From positions 387,580,562 to 387,644,561 of the forward strand of contig NC_133618.1 of assembly GCF_048593235.1 (NCBI RefSeq): a DNA stretch of 64,000 nt. The letters are read 5' to 3'. Positions 9,511 to 21,689 of this stretch are shown here, piece after piece; within the stretch, counting starts at the first letter, position 1, and each line of letters opens with the position of its first letter. The notes beneath the pieces are model-generated. The model was given only the letters and a program-made list of their open reading frames with translations. It did no database searches and was not told the origin of the DNA. Position numbers and translations under genes: made by a program. The DNA is from Sminthopsis crassicaudata (lineage: Eukaryota).

Positions 9511-11762
9511 GACTTAGACAACTTTACAAGGCAATTTAATGTTTGAACTGCAATTTGAGTTTAGAGTTGGTGTCACTCAGTGAAATGTTTCCTCCTCCCC
9601 CCTCTTCCAGAATCTGCCTTTTGTGTGAGATGGCACCCTCTCTTTAGCAGCCAGGATGATAGCCTCAATAGCACAGGAGTTGAGAGGATTAGTACAAAAA
9701 ATAGACGACCAAATGCAATATTTTGGTTTACTGACCACATTTCCTTTGGTGGACACTTTATTTTACATACGTAGAACAAATGCAAAGATTGCCTGATTTA
9801 GGAATCTCTGGAGTCTGATTTGAATTATACTTTCCTAGCAACTCTCCCCAAGGAGCTTCTTTCCCTGGGTAGGGGACTGTGAGTCTGGAGGAGAGAATCA
9901 GGTCTCCTTCCACCCTTAATTTTGTAGCAAAAGAAGGCAGCAGCCAGTTGTTTGAGGGGAGGGGATACCCCCCTGTCTCTAGTGACACTTCTTACCAGGA
10001 GAAGCAATAGTCATACAAGCAGTTATCAATACCCTCAAAATACACACACAAACACACACTACACTCCCTTCTTCGATGTCCACAGCCTGCCCTATCCAGT
10101 GCTCAGTCCTGGAGCTTTGTTCTCAAATATGCCCCATACCTCTCTTCTACCTTCCTCTTTAATATTCCTTGAGCTCACCCAAGCTTCCTCTTCTTATTTG
10201 CGTGGGCATAGACCTGGATTCCAGAGAGGGAGATAATTTTTTAAATGTCCAGCAAATCAGCCCCTTGACCCACTTTAATCTCAGCTCCCAACTTAACCTG
10301 GAAAAACAACTGGTCTCTAAAAGTCAGCACTGGAGACCTGCTGGAAAGGACTCATTTATCCTATTCCCTTGCAACACTTAACTGGTCCAGTTTTGGGAGC
10401 CTTTCCGAAGTGATGTTCATTCACTTTAATAACTCTCATGGAAAGGCTAAGTTTCTGGAATTCCAGCCCTGGTTCTGCAAAACCTAACTTGTTTAATTAT
10501 TTGGGGTAAGTCATTTATCCTTGTGGGAACTAAGTTTTTTCATATGAAAAGGGGAATGCTGGATTAATCTTTACTAAGGTTCCCTCCTAACTGAAAACTC
10601 ACTCCAGAAAAGAAGTTCAGCCACTTCTAAAGGAGAAAAGAATCTCCTAGCTAGCTAGCACGGGTCTTGTCTTGTTTTTTTCATGGGTAGAGGAGAGTAA
10701 TAATGGAAAGGGAGTACTTTTTTCCAAGATCATGGGGTCTGAAGCTGGCTTTGAACTCAGGTCCACCTACTTCAGGGCTGGTGCTCTACCATCTAGCTTC
10801 CACATGTTTCTTAATAGGTAAGAATTATTTCATTCTGGTGCCAATGCCTTGGTAAGTGCTTAATAAATGCTTGTTGATTGACCAATTGATTTGCTGAATC
10901 TTTACCAACAGCCTCCTGCCATGGAGAGGCTATATTAAACCCAAACCCCAGCTTTTCCTTTTAAAATCCATCCCTGAAACAAGATCCGAAGCACTCTAGC
11001 ACTAATCGGCACCTCACAGTGCTTCTTCTGGAAGACACATCCTGATCCACCTTTTTATGAGCCGAAGGTCTCCTATTTCTTTCCTAGATCTCTTTAAAAT
11101 TGGCACAAATTTTGCGCCCCCCCCCCCCCCCCAGCTTCCCTTTCTCTCTGACTCCAGTGAGGGACTTGTATCTTGAGTTCAGGGATCAATATACCTCCCA
11201 AACCCATTCTCACAGTTTGAATCCTTCACAACTTTTGCTGTTTCATCCCCCACCCACTTTCTTGGCTCCTCACTGGTGACAGGGCATATGTGAGACACAC
11301 AATCATATAACTGCCATCATTGCTTCCACTTCCCGAGCGCCACTGGTAGATACACCGGCAAGAACTGAATAGATTGGTAAGAAATAGATGGCACTTCCTC
11401 CCTGAGCTCTCCCTTCCATCCCCAGCAGTACCCTGGGAAGTGGGGTTGGAGGCAAAGCCACAGCAATATCCCTACGGGGGCTAGGGTGCGAGTAGCCTGG
11501 GGTAGGAGTGTGGTGGGGGAGAAGTAGTAGTGAATGTGGACATGGGAAATTGGAATTTAAAGAAGGCAAAGAAGAGCAGATCATTGGGAGGGTGGGTGGA
11601 GGTGGAGGATTGGTATCAAGAGTGGGTGTGTGCCAGGGGAAAGGAACCCAGGAGTGCTTTAGGACTGGGCTGGGTTCAGAGGCTCTGATGGAATAAGAGC
11701 CCCTTTAGGTGGGACCTGTGGACAAAATGAAGTGTGGGAAGGGCTTCCGGAGGTCTTCTCAC

Positions 11763-14700
11763 TCAAAAAGGTGAGCCTTTAGTAGTGGTAGGAGGCCCAG
11801 AATTGGGAGGCCCAGAATAAAGAAGTAGAGGAAGACCAGGTAAAGGGTTAGAGGAACTGCCTGTGGGCAGGTAATAGAGCCCATCTACAGCGACACTCTC
11901 AGGAACCCAGGGGAGTTTGGTTCCTGGGGCTAATAAGTCAGGGGGACCCAGAGGCAAGGGTCCCGGTGAAGGAGGTAGTGAAAGCCCAGGGTAGGACCCA
12001 TAGGGAGAAGGATAGAGGTTGTGCCCTAGTGCCAAGGAGGGGTAGAACCGGAGGGGTGGCCCTGCTGGGGAGGGGGGAACAAGAACTTCTAGGTATTGAC
12101 CACTCTCTGGGTCAAAGAGCAGCTTTAATTTAGGAGATTTGGGAGCCTCTACATAATAGTAGCGCCCACTCTCTGGATCTACAAGAACCTTCCCTGATGG
12201 GGTGGCTCCAGAGCTCTGAAGGCCCCTACCGTGACTCCTGGAAGGGCTGTCAAGGCCCTGGGCCATAGGAGGTGCTGAAGCTGCCCTGGGCTGGGACAGG
12301 GAAGCAGGTTTGGCTGTAATCTGGTTCCCTGCGGGATGGGTCCCAGGGAAGCCTGGATGGGGTTTGGCTCTGGGCTCTGGACTCCGGGCCTGGAGGGCCA
12401 GGGGATTGGCCTGGTCAGAGTGTGGGGACCCCAGGTAGAGGGAGCCCCTGACATTTGGATGTGGGGGTTCTGTCAAGGAGCTAGATGTCTGTCCAGCCCC
12501 TGACCATTGAGCTGGGACCTCTGGCCTCTCTCTTGGTTCCTTGGGGATGGGGGCAGGCCCCAGGCTAATCCCTGGGGAATTGGCCTGAACTTCTCCTTCT
12601 GGGAGGAGGCGCTGAACCTGAGGACCGTACCCTGGGGAAACGCGGCGGATCTCTGTGTCGGTCTCAGGCTGGGCCTTGACCCCGGGCTTCCGGGACAAAG
12701 ACAGGGCTCCGGGGAGGCGGATCTCGCTGCGAGCAAAAGGCTTGGCTGTATTGTTCTCCGCTTTCTTCCGTGGGGTCGGCTCTCCTTCCTGGTAGCCCTT
12801 TGGCCGCGTCTGAGGCTGGGGAGGTTGGTGGCCTTGCAGGGCCCCTCTGGGAGCAGAGTCACTTACTCCCCCTCCCTCAGTAACCGGCGGCTCCGGGACT
12901 TCGTAGGGATGGGTCACCACGGGCAGGAAGTCCTTCTGGAAAGTAGAAGTATAGTGAATAGTGGTAGGAGGCTCCGGAGCTCCGGGCGGAGTCTCGCTGC
13001 CCTCGCTGGGGCCCCCGGACGCGCAAGGGGGCTCCGGCAGCCCCAGACTGGAAGTGGGGACGGCTGGGAAGCTCAGCGAGTAGGTGTTCTTCACTAGCTT
13101 CCGCACGTCCCGCGGTCGCGGAATTGTTACCCGGGATCTGCCTGAGGGAGCGGGGGCGTCTCTGGGCTCCCAAGTGTCTGGGACTGCACTCTCCGGCGGA
13201 GGTGAAATCTGAGGCTCCTGCACAGTTAGATCCCGGGGTGCCTGCGGAGATGTGGCCTCTTGGAGCGCTTCGTGGGGAACCTCCTGCACAGACGGAGTCA
13301 GCGACGCCTGAACAGCGGGATCCCAGGTTTCCTGGAGAGACAGCCTGGGAGTCTCCGGGGCCGCCCGATGCTCTGGGGCGCACCTCTGAGCCAGAGATTT
13401 CGGCGGCTGGCTCCATTCATTGCGGGGCCGAGACTCAGACGCTTCCTGGGACTTGTCCCCCGACAGCAAGAAGATGCTGGAGCTCACGGGCCCGAGTGGT
13501 TCCGTCCCGGGGGCTGGTTTGTCCCGACGAATAGCTCGTTCTCGCAGACTGGGCCAGGGCCTCGGGGTTCTGATAGAAACTACGCCGTCCGGGGCCCTCA
13601 GCCCCGCAGGCTTGGCAGGGGGCAGGGGTGCCTCCTTCGCCGGCTCTCTGGGAGGAAGCCCCGCCTGAGAGCTCCCTCTGGACTTGAGTTCCTTTGAATC
13701 TCTTCGAGGGCTTCGTGCAGTACGTCTGGTCGGGGCTTCGCTCTCCTGGACCTCAGGCCAAGCGGGGGGCCGCTCCGCCGGCTTCTGGGTCTCCCCCAAG
13801 GGACGAAGCTGCGAGCCTGCCCGAGTCTGAATGGGCTGAGCCCCGCCCCCTGGGCTCGGCTGCTCGGGGCACAGTGTCTGCTCGATCTGCAGCTTTCTGG
13901 CCAGTGCTGTCTGCACGAGGTTAGAGGCGGCCTGCAAGCGAGTCAGAGACTCGTCCAGCGAGCCCGTTCGCAGGAACAGCTTGCGCCTGGGTAGCCCATT
14001 CTCCCCAGCTGAATCCGGCTCCGGAGCGCTCGGCTTCAGCCTTAGCTCTATCTGCCTCTTGGGGACCGTTCTCTGCTTACTCAGGGATGCCTGGTCTTCA
14101 AGCGCCACCTCCACGCACTCGAACTGCGTTCTCCCGGACGTGGCAGGGAGTTCTGGCAGCCTGGAGGCCGCAGCTCCAGTCTCCTGACGCAGGTCCAGGT
14201 AGGTGGCCCAGCGGTCTGCTTGGTTGCTGCTGTCAGACAGAGCCGGGGATGGGCTGGAAGAGGCCTGCGCGCTGGGGCTACGCACGTCTAGGTAAGGGCC
14301 TTGAGGGTGGGAAAAACTCTGCAGACTGAGCGCCGTGAGCTGCTGCACCTCGCTGTCCGCCTCATCCGAGTCGCTGGGGGACTGAACGGGAGGCTCGCCT
14401 AGGGGCCCGGTGGTGAAGATCACTTCCATCTCCCCCGACGGCAGGGTGCGGAGCTGGAAAGGACTCGGGCGCTGTCCCGGCCTCTTGGGGAAACCGGATC
14501 CAGGCTCCTGGCGGCTATTCTGGGCGCTGATGGACAGGCGAAGCTGCGAGCCCCCGCTCCCGGCTGGGCCCGCCCCCCGACCAGGGACCCTGGAGTTCTG
14601 GCCCGCAAAGTTTGCCGGTTGCCCCCGCCCAGGAATTCCACTGCCCCAGTCATCGTCCGCCCCGTCCAGGACCGGGCGCGGCCCCTGGGGCTCGGGCGAG

Positions 14701-14804
14701 CCTGGCGCGGTGTGGTAAGAGCCGGAGGATCCCGAAGAGTCCTGGCGCAGAGCGAGGACCGAGGGGAAGCCGCCCGCGGCTGGGGGGACAAGGATGGAGA
14801 GCAT
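11763..14804 (-). CDS. PROB1: Proline-rich basic protein 1, single exon, 1013 aa
   Basis: Recognisable blocks RQDSSGSSGSY, LRTLPSGEMEVIF, FECVEVALE, RPWPSLRERAIRRDKPAPGTEPLGPVSSSIF and the C-terminal DPESGRYYYV/DPESGQYLEV repeat (DUF4585-like); syntenic position. Confidence 0.96.
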   Translation of the reverse strand: MLSILVPPAAGGFPSVLALRQDSSGSSGSYHTAPGSPEPQGPRPVLDGADDDWGSGIPGRGQPANFAGQNSRVPGRGAGPAGSGGSQLRLSISAQNSRQEPGSGFPKRPGQRPSPFQLRTLPSGEMEVIFTTGPLGEPPVQSPSDSDEADSEVQQLTALSLQSFSHPQGPYLDVRSPSAQASSSPSPALSDSSNQADRWATYLDLRQETGAAASRLPELPATSGRTQFECVEVALEDQASLSKQRTVPKRQIELRLKPSAPEPDSAGENGLPRRKLFLRTGSLDESLTRLQAASNLVQTALARKLQIEQTLCPEQPSPGGGAQPIQTRAGSQLRPLGETQKPAERPPAWPEVQESEAPTRRTARSPRRDSKELKSRGSSQAGLPPREPAKEAPLPPAKPAGLRAPDGVVSIRTPRPWPSLRERAIRRDKPAPGTEPLGPVSSSIFLLSGDKSQEASESRPRNEWSQPPKSLAQRCAPEHRAAPETPRLSLQETWDPAVQASLTPSVQEVPHEALQEATSPQAPRDLTVQEPQISPPPESAVPDTWEPRDAPAPSGRSRVTIPRPRDVRKLVKNTYSLSFPAVPTSSLGLPEPPCASGGPSEGSETPPGAPEPPTTIHYTSTFQKDFLPVVTHPYEVPEPPVTEGGGVSDSAPRGALQGHQPPQPQTRPKGYQEGEPTPRKKAENNTAKPFARSEIRLPGALSLSRKPGVKAQPETDTEIRRVSPGYGPQVQRLLPEGEVQANSPGISLGPAPIPKEPRERPEVPAQWSGAGQTSSSLTEPPHPNVRGSLYLGSPHSDQANPLALQARSPEPRAKPHPGFPGTHPAGNQITAKPASLSQPRAASAPPMAQGLDSPSRSHGRGLQSSGATPSGKVLVDPESGRYYYVEAPKSPKLKLLFDPESGQYLEVLVPPSPAGPPLRFYPSLALGHNLYPSPYGSYPGLSLPPSPGPLPLGPPDLLAPGTKLPWVPESVAVDGLYYLPTGSSSNPLPGLPLLLYSGPPNSGPPTTTKGSPF

Positions 14805-15250
14805 GCTGCGGGAGGGCTGCGGCGGGGGCCCGGGCTCAGGTCGCGCAGAAATTCACCGCCTCCTCCTCCGCCGCCGCCGCCGCCGCCTCCAGCTGCTCTG
14901 TTCCCCAGCCCGCACTCCCCGCCCCGGGGTCCCGGCGCGGCCGGGTCACGGTGCCTTAAAGAGGCCGCATCTGAACCCGAGCCAGAGACTGCCCGGGCTG
15001 GCTATGGATAGCAGTGCCTTTCTCCACTTTCTCTTCCCCTCCCCTCCCGACCCACTCCTCCCCTCTTTGGCCGCCCTGGAGGAGCGGACACCAGACCGGA
15101 GAAAATAATGCGGTCTGGGGGGCAAACTGTAGCAGGAGCCCCCGTCAGGAGGCCTCCCCGAGGAAGCGAGATCCGAAAGCCAAGGGGTCCCTGCAGGTGT
15201 TTCTTTGAAACACTTGCGACGCATCGAGGCACTTCCAAGTTTCAGGCTTG
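12500..15250. promoter_or_regulatory. PROB1: CpG island over the 5' part of PROB1 and its promoter
   Basis: Dense CpG and high GC by inspection. Confidence 0.8.
14857..14890. repeat. (CCT)3(CCG)6 trinucleotide run upstream of the PROB1 ATG
   Basis: Read directly. Confidence 0.9.
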
Positions 15251-17172
15251 GATTGTGTCTCAGGCATCTCAGCTCGGCAATCTAAAGGTCACCAACTGTA
15301 CACTCCATTCTGTTAGATTGAGAGGGTTTCCTTAATTTCTCCAAAACCGCGTGAGTAATGAAAGTGAGACCTCTTCATATTACCGTTTGTAAAATGGGCT
15401 TTTAATCACAATCATACCCCGCCCAAGTCCTCAAAGCTGGGCTGAATTCCTGGGCTAGGTTGGCATGGGGCTGGGGTAGAGAGGAAAGTGGAAAAAAAAT
15501 GTAGCCTCTCTGTATTGGACTCCGAGCTGGACGCATTAGGGCAAGGGGAGCTAGAGGGTATTTCGGGTGGCTTTGGTACTTGGGAACATGAATTGCCCAT
15601 GTTTATAGCCCCGAATTTCTTTCATACTGCCTCATAGAGGCTATGGTCCTTTCTTATCTGAAGATCCCAAACTTGTTTTTTTGGAAGGGACCTTCGAGGT
15701 CAGTTAGTGCGACCTTTCTTTGATGACTCCAAGAAACCTCTCCGATATAACCCACGTTTAAAATCTAGCCTATTCTTGGGGAATAAAATTGTCAGGAATT
15801 GGTCCTCTTCCCCAACCCTCTCCTTCCAAATAAAGTCTTGCCCTATATTTCGTCTAGGGAACTTTTTTTTTGGTCCTAAACTTTAAAAGTCTTATCCTCT
15901 CCCTTTGCTATTCATTACTAGGATACTGAGTATTGGGGCCCGATTCCTCTGACCAATTCTAGTAGCTTTAGACACTGACAAAAACTAGCATGTGAGCTGG
16001 CATAAGGATCAAGGCTGTGGAATCCATTACAAGTTAGAATCTGCATTAAGAGTAAATTGTGTTACTCTGGGTTAGCTTAATTGGAAAGTAGGAGCCCTAG
16101 GAAATTGGAGAATAGGATCCCTTTAGGGATTTCCAACTTTTCTCTCATTTAACATTTCTACACATGTATCATTCCAACGTTTCCACTTTACCTGAAAGAA
16201 GTCAGATTCATATAGATGTTTTGTCACTTAAGTTGGTAGAAAATGCATTTTTTTTTTTCTTTTTGGATGCACTCCAGGTCTTAAGTCACTTGGGCAACTA
16301 ATAGTATTTGGGCAAATCAACTTTACCCTTCTATTTTTCTTTTATGTAAAAGCATAACGCTTAGCCTTCTAAAGGGATGAAAATCATGCTTGTACAAATT
16401 CTTTGAAAAAATATTAAGCCTATGTAAGAGATAATTAATGGAAAATATTGATTTTGAAATCCAGCTAAAAAAAACCACTGCCTTCAGATTGCCCTGGATT
16501 ATGACACCTTGCATTGTAAAGTTCCCAATTAGTGCCCCATCCCCCATCACTTTCCAACCTAGAAGCTTCCCCACAGCTCTGGAAGCTAAATTAAGCAAGT
16601 TAACTTAACCCGGTGGAGGGGGGTTACCAGAGTAACTAGGAGTGTTTATGTAGGGAGGTGCCAAACAAGGGTGGGGCAGTCATTAGACTAGGAAATTCCT
16701 CCTCTCCTTTCCCTTCTCTACCCGCTTCATCCTAATTGGGGAGCTCCACACTTTTGCATAAACTACAATTCAACTCCTTAAATCCCACCAACCCAGAAGA
16801 TCCATTTAGAAAGAAAGTAGGGTGGAAGAGTGTTTAATCTGAGTATCCCCTCTCCCTGGCTAGTTCTGTTCGAGTGTTGGGTCCAATGTGGCAGGTGCAG
16901 GGGCCGATGCCAGAATCAGGTCATGTCCTAGCAGCTCCATCCCCTATCCCACGCATGCTTCCCGGGACTGCCATCCATTTGTTATTCACATTCTAAGGGG
17001 AATCAGGGCTAGGAAAGGAAAAAGTCGGGTTCCTTGACCATCCTATAGCAGGAGATGATTGAACCCAACTGAAATGTGCAAATCCAGTAAGAGGGGAAGG
17101 TTGAGGACATTAAGAGGTCCTAGGAGAGGATCCTTATATCCGGACAGAGAAAAGTGCTAAGTGGAAGCAGAT

Positions 17173-17302
17173 TTATTTGTCTCCAAGTCCCTTGAAGCCC
17201 CGGCTGGAGAGCAGCCCGCCTGCCTTCTTTTGCTTCCGGTCCAGCACTTGGGCCATGTAATTCTCTTGCTGCTTCTGAATCCGGAAGTCCGATATCTGAT
17301 GC
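17173..17302 (-). CDS. SPATA24: SPATA24 exon 6
   Basis: ctcttgcag acceptor; (R)HQISDFRIQKQQENYMAQVLDRKQKKAGG...GDK*. Confidence 0.95.
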
Positions 17303-17479
17303 CTGCAAGAGATACATTTGGGATAGGCCTGAGGCAATGCTAGGGTGAGAATCCTTCAAGAAGGTTGGAAAATCAGTCTCCCTTCCCATCCCCATATCCT
17401 CCTCCCTCTCACTTCAATATCCAGGTTCCCCCTGAAACATCCAAATCCCTTATCTTGAAGGAGGATCCAAACACTTTAC

Positions 17480-17582
17480 CTGAAGATCTGTTTTTGGTGG
17501 CTGATGACATTCTGTAGTTCCTTAATTTCATTTTCTTTCCCATTAAGAATATCTTCTTGCTTTATAATGTGAGATTCAATTT
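17480..17582 (-). CDS. SPATA24: SPATA24 exon 5
   Basis: (E)IESHIIKQEDILNGKENEIKELQNVISHQKQIF(R); 103 nt; AG/GT boundaries. Confidence 0.96.
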
Positions 17583-18329
17583 CTGAAGTGAAGAGGAGAG
17601 ATTGTCAAATACCTGAACAAAGAGCAAAAGGGGAGGTTCCTTGCCCCAAGAATGGAGAAATGAATACTTGAAATCTCAGAAGAACAATTTCTTTGGAATT
17701 AGTAACTACCTTCACCAGGGTCTACTTTCACCTACACACCTACATCTACTATGAACGAATTTTCCTAGAACTCAGCTGCAAAGAATGGGTCCCCCCTGAA
17801 TAAAAGACACCCCCCCCAAAATAATCCTTTTACAATCAAAAAATTGTATTGCACGATTTCAGAAGAAGTTATTGGCTTAACAAGAAAATCATCTCAGACT
17901 TCTTTCCAGGAGATTCTGGGGAAAACTACAGACCCTCTAGGTCAGGAGACCAAGGGCCTTACCAGGGGAAGATGTACAAAGGCCAGGTACCATGGCAGGC
18001 AGCAACCAGGACCTTTATGGGCACCTGGAAAGAAGAGCAGATGATCATAGAATTTAAAGTTGAGAGGAGTCAAGTAAATATCTCACTTAGAAATTCGGAA
18101 ATTAGATTTTATAGAGGAAAGGGAACTGATTTGCCCAAATAGTAATGAGACATTTGAATTCAGGCCTTCTGACTTCAAATCATACTATTATCCTGATTGG
18201 AATAAAAAAAAAAAATTTCTGCCTTTGTGGTGTTTATTAATTTTTTTTTTATCTTGAACCCAAAATGTTGGCTTGCTCAGGAGTATGGATTAAACAGAAA
18301 TTAAAAACTCTCAGAGCCTGGAAGAGATA

Positions 18330-19300
18330 TCACATGTTTTTTGTCCATACTTGAAAAACATAACATTTTCTATAACATCCCTGGACTTCCAGGAGAAGCG
18401 AACCCATACCTGTCCAGGCAGCCCATTCTACTTTTGGAAAGATCAAATTATTAGAAAAGGTTTCCCTCCCCCTAAAAAGAAAGGTTTCCCCTACTTTGAG
18501 TTTAAATATCTCTATCCCTCTTCTATCTACTGCTTCTAGTTTTACTAAGGCCAACCATAGGTTATCTCATGCCATCTCTATATAACAGCAGCAAAAGTAT
18601 CTGAAGACAGTGATTATTTTCCTTCCATATAAATCTTTTTTTCTCCAGGTTTAACATCCCCAGTCTTCATATTGCATTATCTTCAGTGTCCTCATTATCC
18701 CCAGTATCCCTGCCTCTGAAATCAATCCAACTTATCAGACTAATCAGGGCAAAATACAGGGAGATTATCATCTCTGTCATTCTGGACCCTATACATGTAT
18801 TCACTAGGTCTAATAATATCACATCATCTCTTTTGGTTGAACTATTAAACTGCTGACTCATAAGCCTAGTCTTCTAAGCCCTCACCATGGGAACATTTTC
18901 AATAGACCTCTTATCTAGCTGTGATTCTTCCATCCTATTCTTATAAAATCAACTCTTTTAAATTCAAGTAAAAGATTTTACATTTATTCTTATTAGATTT
19001 CAAAATCTTATATTAAAGCCCATTGTTATATGATCTGACAAGTTCATTTCTGAACCATGATTACTGTCCCTCACCCTAGCTTTGTGTCATGTGCAAATCT
19101 AACCAGCATGTCATCTACACCTTCGTGTTAAGTCATTGATATTAAAAAAGAAAAAAAGTTAAATGCCACAGTCTCCAATACAGAGAAGATTCCTCAGACA
19201 TTTCATGAGACTTCTGACATCAACCTACTAATGATGCCTCTCAGAGCCGGTGTTTTCAGCCTGTGGCTCTCAACCTTATTAACAAGAATTGTCGATGAAG
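18330..19300 (-). mobile_element. CR1/L3 reverse-transcriptase and 3' region, degenerate
   Basis: Minus strand near 19080-19125 reads DDMLVRFAHDTKLG (CR1 ...KFADDTKLG). Confidence 0.7.
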
Positions 19301-19796
19301 ATGATGATCATGAATAGAAATTCATTTCCCAAGTACAGGTAGAGACCCTCTTTGGCACAGTTCCTTTCATTAATGAACACTGGGAGGCCCTGCTTTGGAA
19401 AGCACTGACAGAATGAGCTAAACCTTGAGCAAAGACATGACAAAGAGGAGGGAGGGGGAAGGAGAGCATTTCAGGGATTGGAGTCTGCTTGTGTGAAAGC
19501 AGAGTCAAGAGGTCAGGGTTGTGTTGGGAGAATAAGAAATTCCGTTAAATTCTGAGTGTTCAGTATGGGGAATAGCAATATGAAATCACAGTCAGATTAT
19601 GGAAAGCCTTAAATGCCAGTTTAAGTAGTTTACATTTTATCCACGAGTTAACAGTCACTAAAAGTTTATGAACAGAGCAGCAATAGTGATCCAAGATAAT
19701 TCCAAAATTCATGATCGAAAATGTTATCCACATCAAAAAAGAACCATGGAGTCTGAATGTAGATCAAAATATACTATTTTCATTTTTTAAAAAAAA

Positions 19797-19831
<35 letters not shown>

Positions 19832-21287
19832 TGGTCCTTTTGTTCCTTCTTTCACAACATGACCAATGTGGAAATATGTTTAATTTGGTCATTTTGGGGA
19901 GGAGGAAGGATAGAGAAAAATTTGGAAAATAAATGTTGAAAACTATTTAATTGAAAAAATTAAAATGTATTTACGTTAAAAGGTTTATGAAAAGATGATT
20001 TAGGAAAATTATTTTGACAGCTGCTGTTAAAAAAAAATCAGAAGATTATAAAGCAGGGGAATCAATTTGGAGATTATTTTAGTAGTCTTGGCAAAAGTTG
20101 GTGCAGGATCTAGGCAGCTAAGGGAATAAATGCAAGAGGTGAGTGTTCTGGAGAACTGATAGGATTCAACAACTGAGTGAATCTAGGGAGCTTGTGAGGG
20201 TTAAGAAAGAAGCAAGACTGACTCTGAGATCAAGAACCTGGATGAACCTGGGAGGATAATGATGACTTTGAGAGAAATAGACAAGTTTGGAGGAAGAATT
20301 TTTTAGGAAAAAAAAGTATTATTAAATAACATTCACATTATGCTTTATGGTATGCCAAGTGCTTATAAACATGATCTGATGATTTGTGTCTTACAAAGTA
20401 ATCCTGTAAGGCAGCGGTTATTATTGCTCGATCTTTATAGATAAGGAAATTGAGGGAGGTAAACAATTCACATAGCTAGTAATGGAGGAGTTAGGTTTTG
20501 AACCCAGGTCTCTCTCACATTTTGTCTCTTACAGAGTTGAGGGAATTCGGAAGTCACCTATTCAGATCCATATTTGAGCCCTGATACAACATCTACAGCA
20601 GGGGTTTCCAGCAAGGGAATACAAGCCTCCCATCTTCATGGAATACAAGAAAGTTTGTCAAGGATAGGGGAATGGGGAATCTTTTATTAAATAACTATTA
20701 TTCAACTGGAATATGCCAGAAACTCCGAACTGAAATTCATCCTTATCAATGAATTGACAAAATTTTTTGGTGTACTCACTGGGGGAAAAAAAGAAATTAA
20801 CGTCTATTAGACTTTGTATGTGTATATGCATGGTCAACTTGAATTTATTTCCTTTCATATCAAATATGGGGGGTCATGGAAAAGCACAGGACCAAGAAAG
20901 TTTAGAAAGCAGTGAGCACAGAACATCCCCAATAAATGTACGGTCAGTATTCACATGTGTTTAAGAGAAACCCACCACTGCTTAAATCATTCTATTCTAC
21001 TTTTGAATAGCTCTAATTGTTAGGGAAGTTTTTTCTTACATGAAGTTGAAATCTGCTTCTCTGCAAATTATACCAATAGTGTTTAATTCTGCCTCTGGGC
21101 CCAAAAGAATTTCTTTTCTTCATGATTTCAAGATAGCTGTCATACCATCCCTCTGTCTGCTGACTCTTAAGGCTAACCATACGTAGTCCTTTCAATTAAT
21201 GTTCCTATGTTCTAGTCACAGGAAGACAGCATACTGGAAGAGGTACAGTGCTGGATGCATTGTTAGGAAGGCATAAGCTGCAAGCCT

Positions 21288-21500
21288 GGGGGTAGCTGGG
21301 TGGCTCAGTGGATAAAAATCCTTGATAGGGCCTGGAGTCAAAAAGACCTGAGTTCAAATCCTGCCACAGACATTTACTGAGTGACCCTGTTTGCCTTACT
21401 CCAAAACTGAGAAGGAAATGGCAAACCATTCCAGTAACCTTGCCAAGAAACCCCATGCACAGTATTACTCCATGGGCTCATGAATCGGACTGCACAATGG
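21288..21500 (+). mobile_element. MAR1-like CORE-SINE with RTE-type tail
   Basis: tRNA-like head (ggggtagctgggtggctcagtggata...gagttcaaatcc) and gaaggaaatggcaaaccattccagta tail. Confidence 0.7.
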
Positions 21501-21689
21501 TGGTTCCAATTCGATTTTAATAGCTGTGTGCTCCAATTTTCTCACTTTTAAAATAAGAGCTAATAGTAGCTCTTACTTCACAGGGTTGTTCCTAGATATG
21601 AGATAATGAAAAAATGCTTCATTAAAACATCAGATAAATATCAGCCATTGTTTTATGTTTGTCAAATCCCTGAATGATCCTGATTTCTC

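Noticed and set aside
12179-15335. Many 70-196 aa ORFs overlapping PROB1 on both strands
   Set aside because: Expected by chance in very GC-rich, stop-poor DNA; no homology recognised.
17849-18142. 97-aa ORF containing DSGENYRP
   Set aside because: The motif resembles the CR1 RT PGNYRP segment, so it is more likely a degenerate LINE fragment or chance than a gene.
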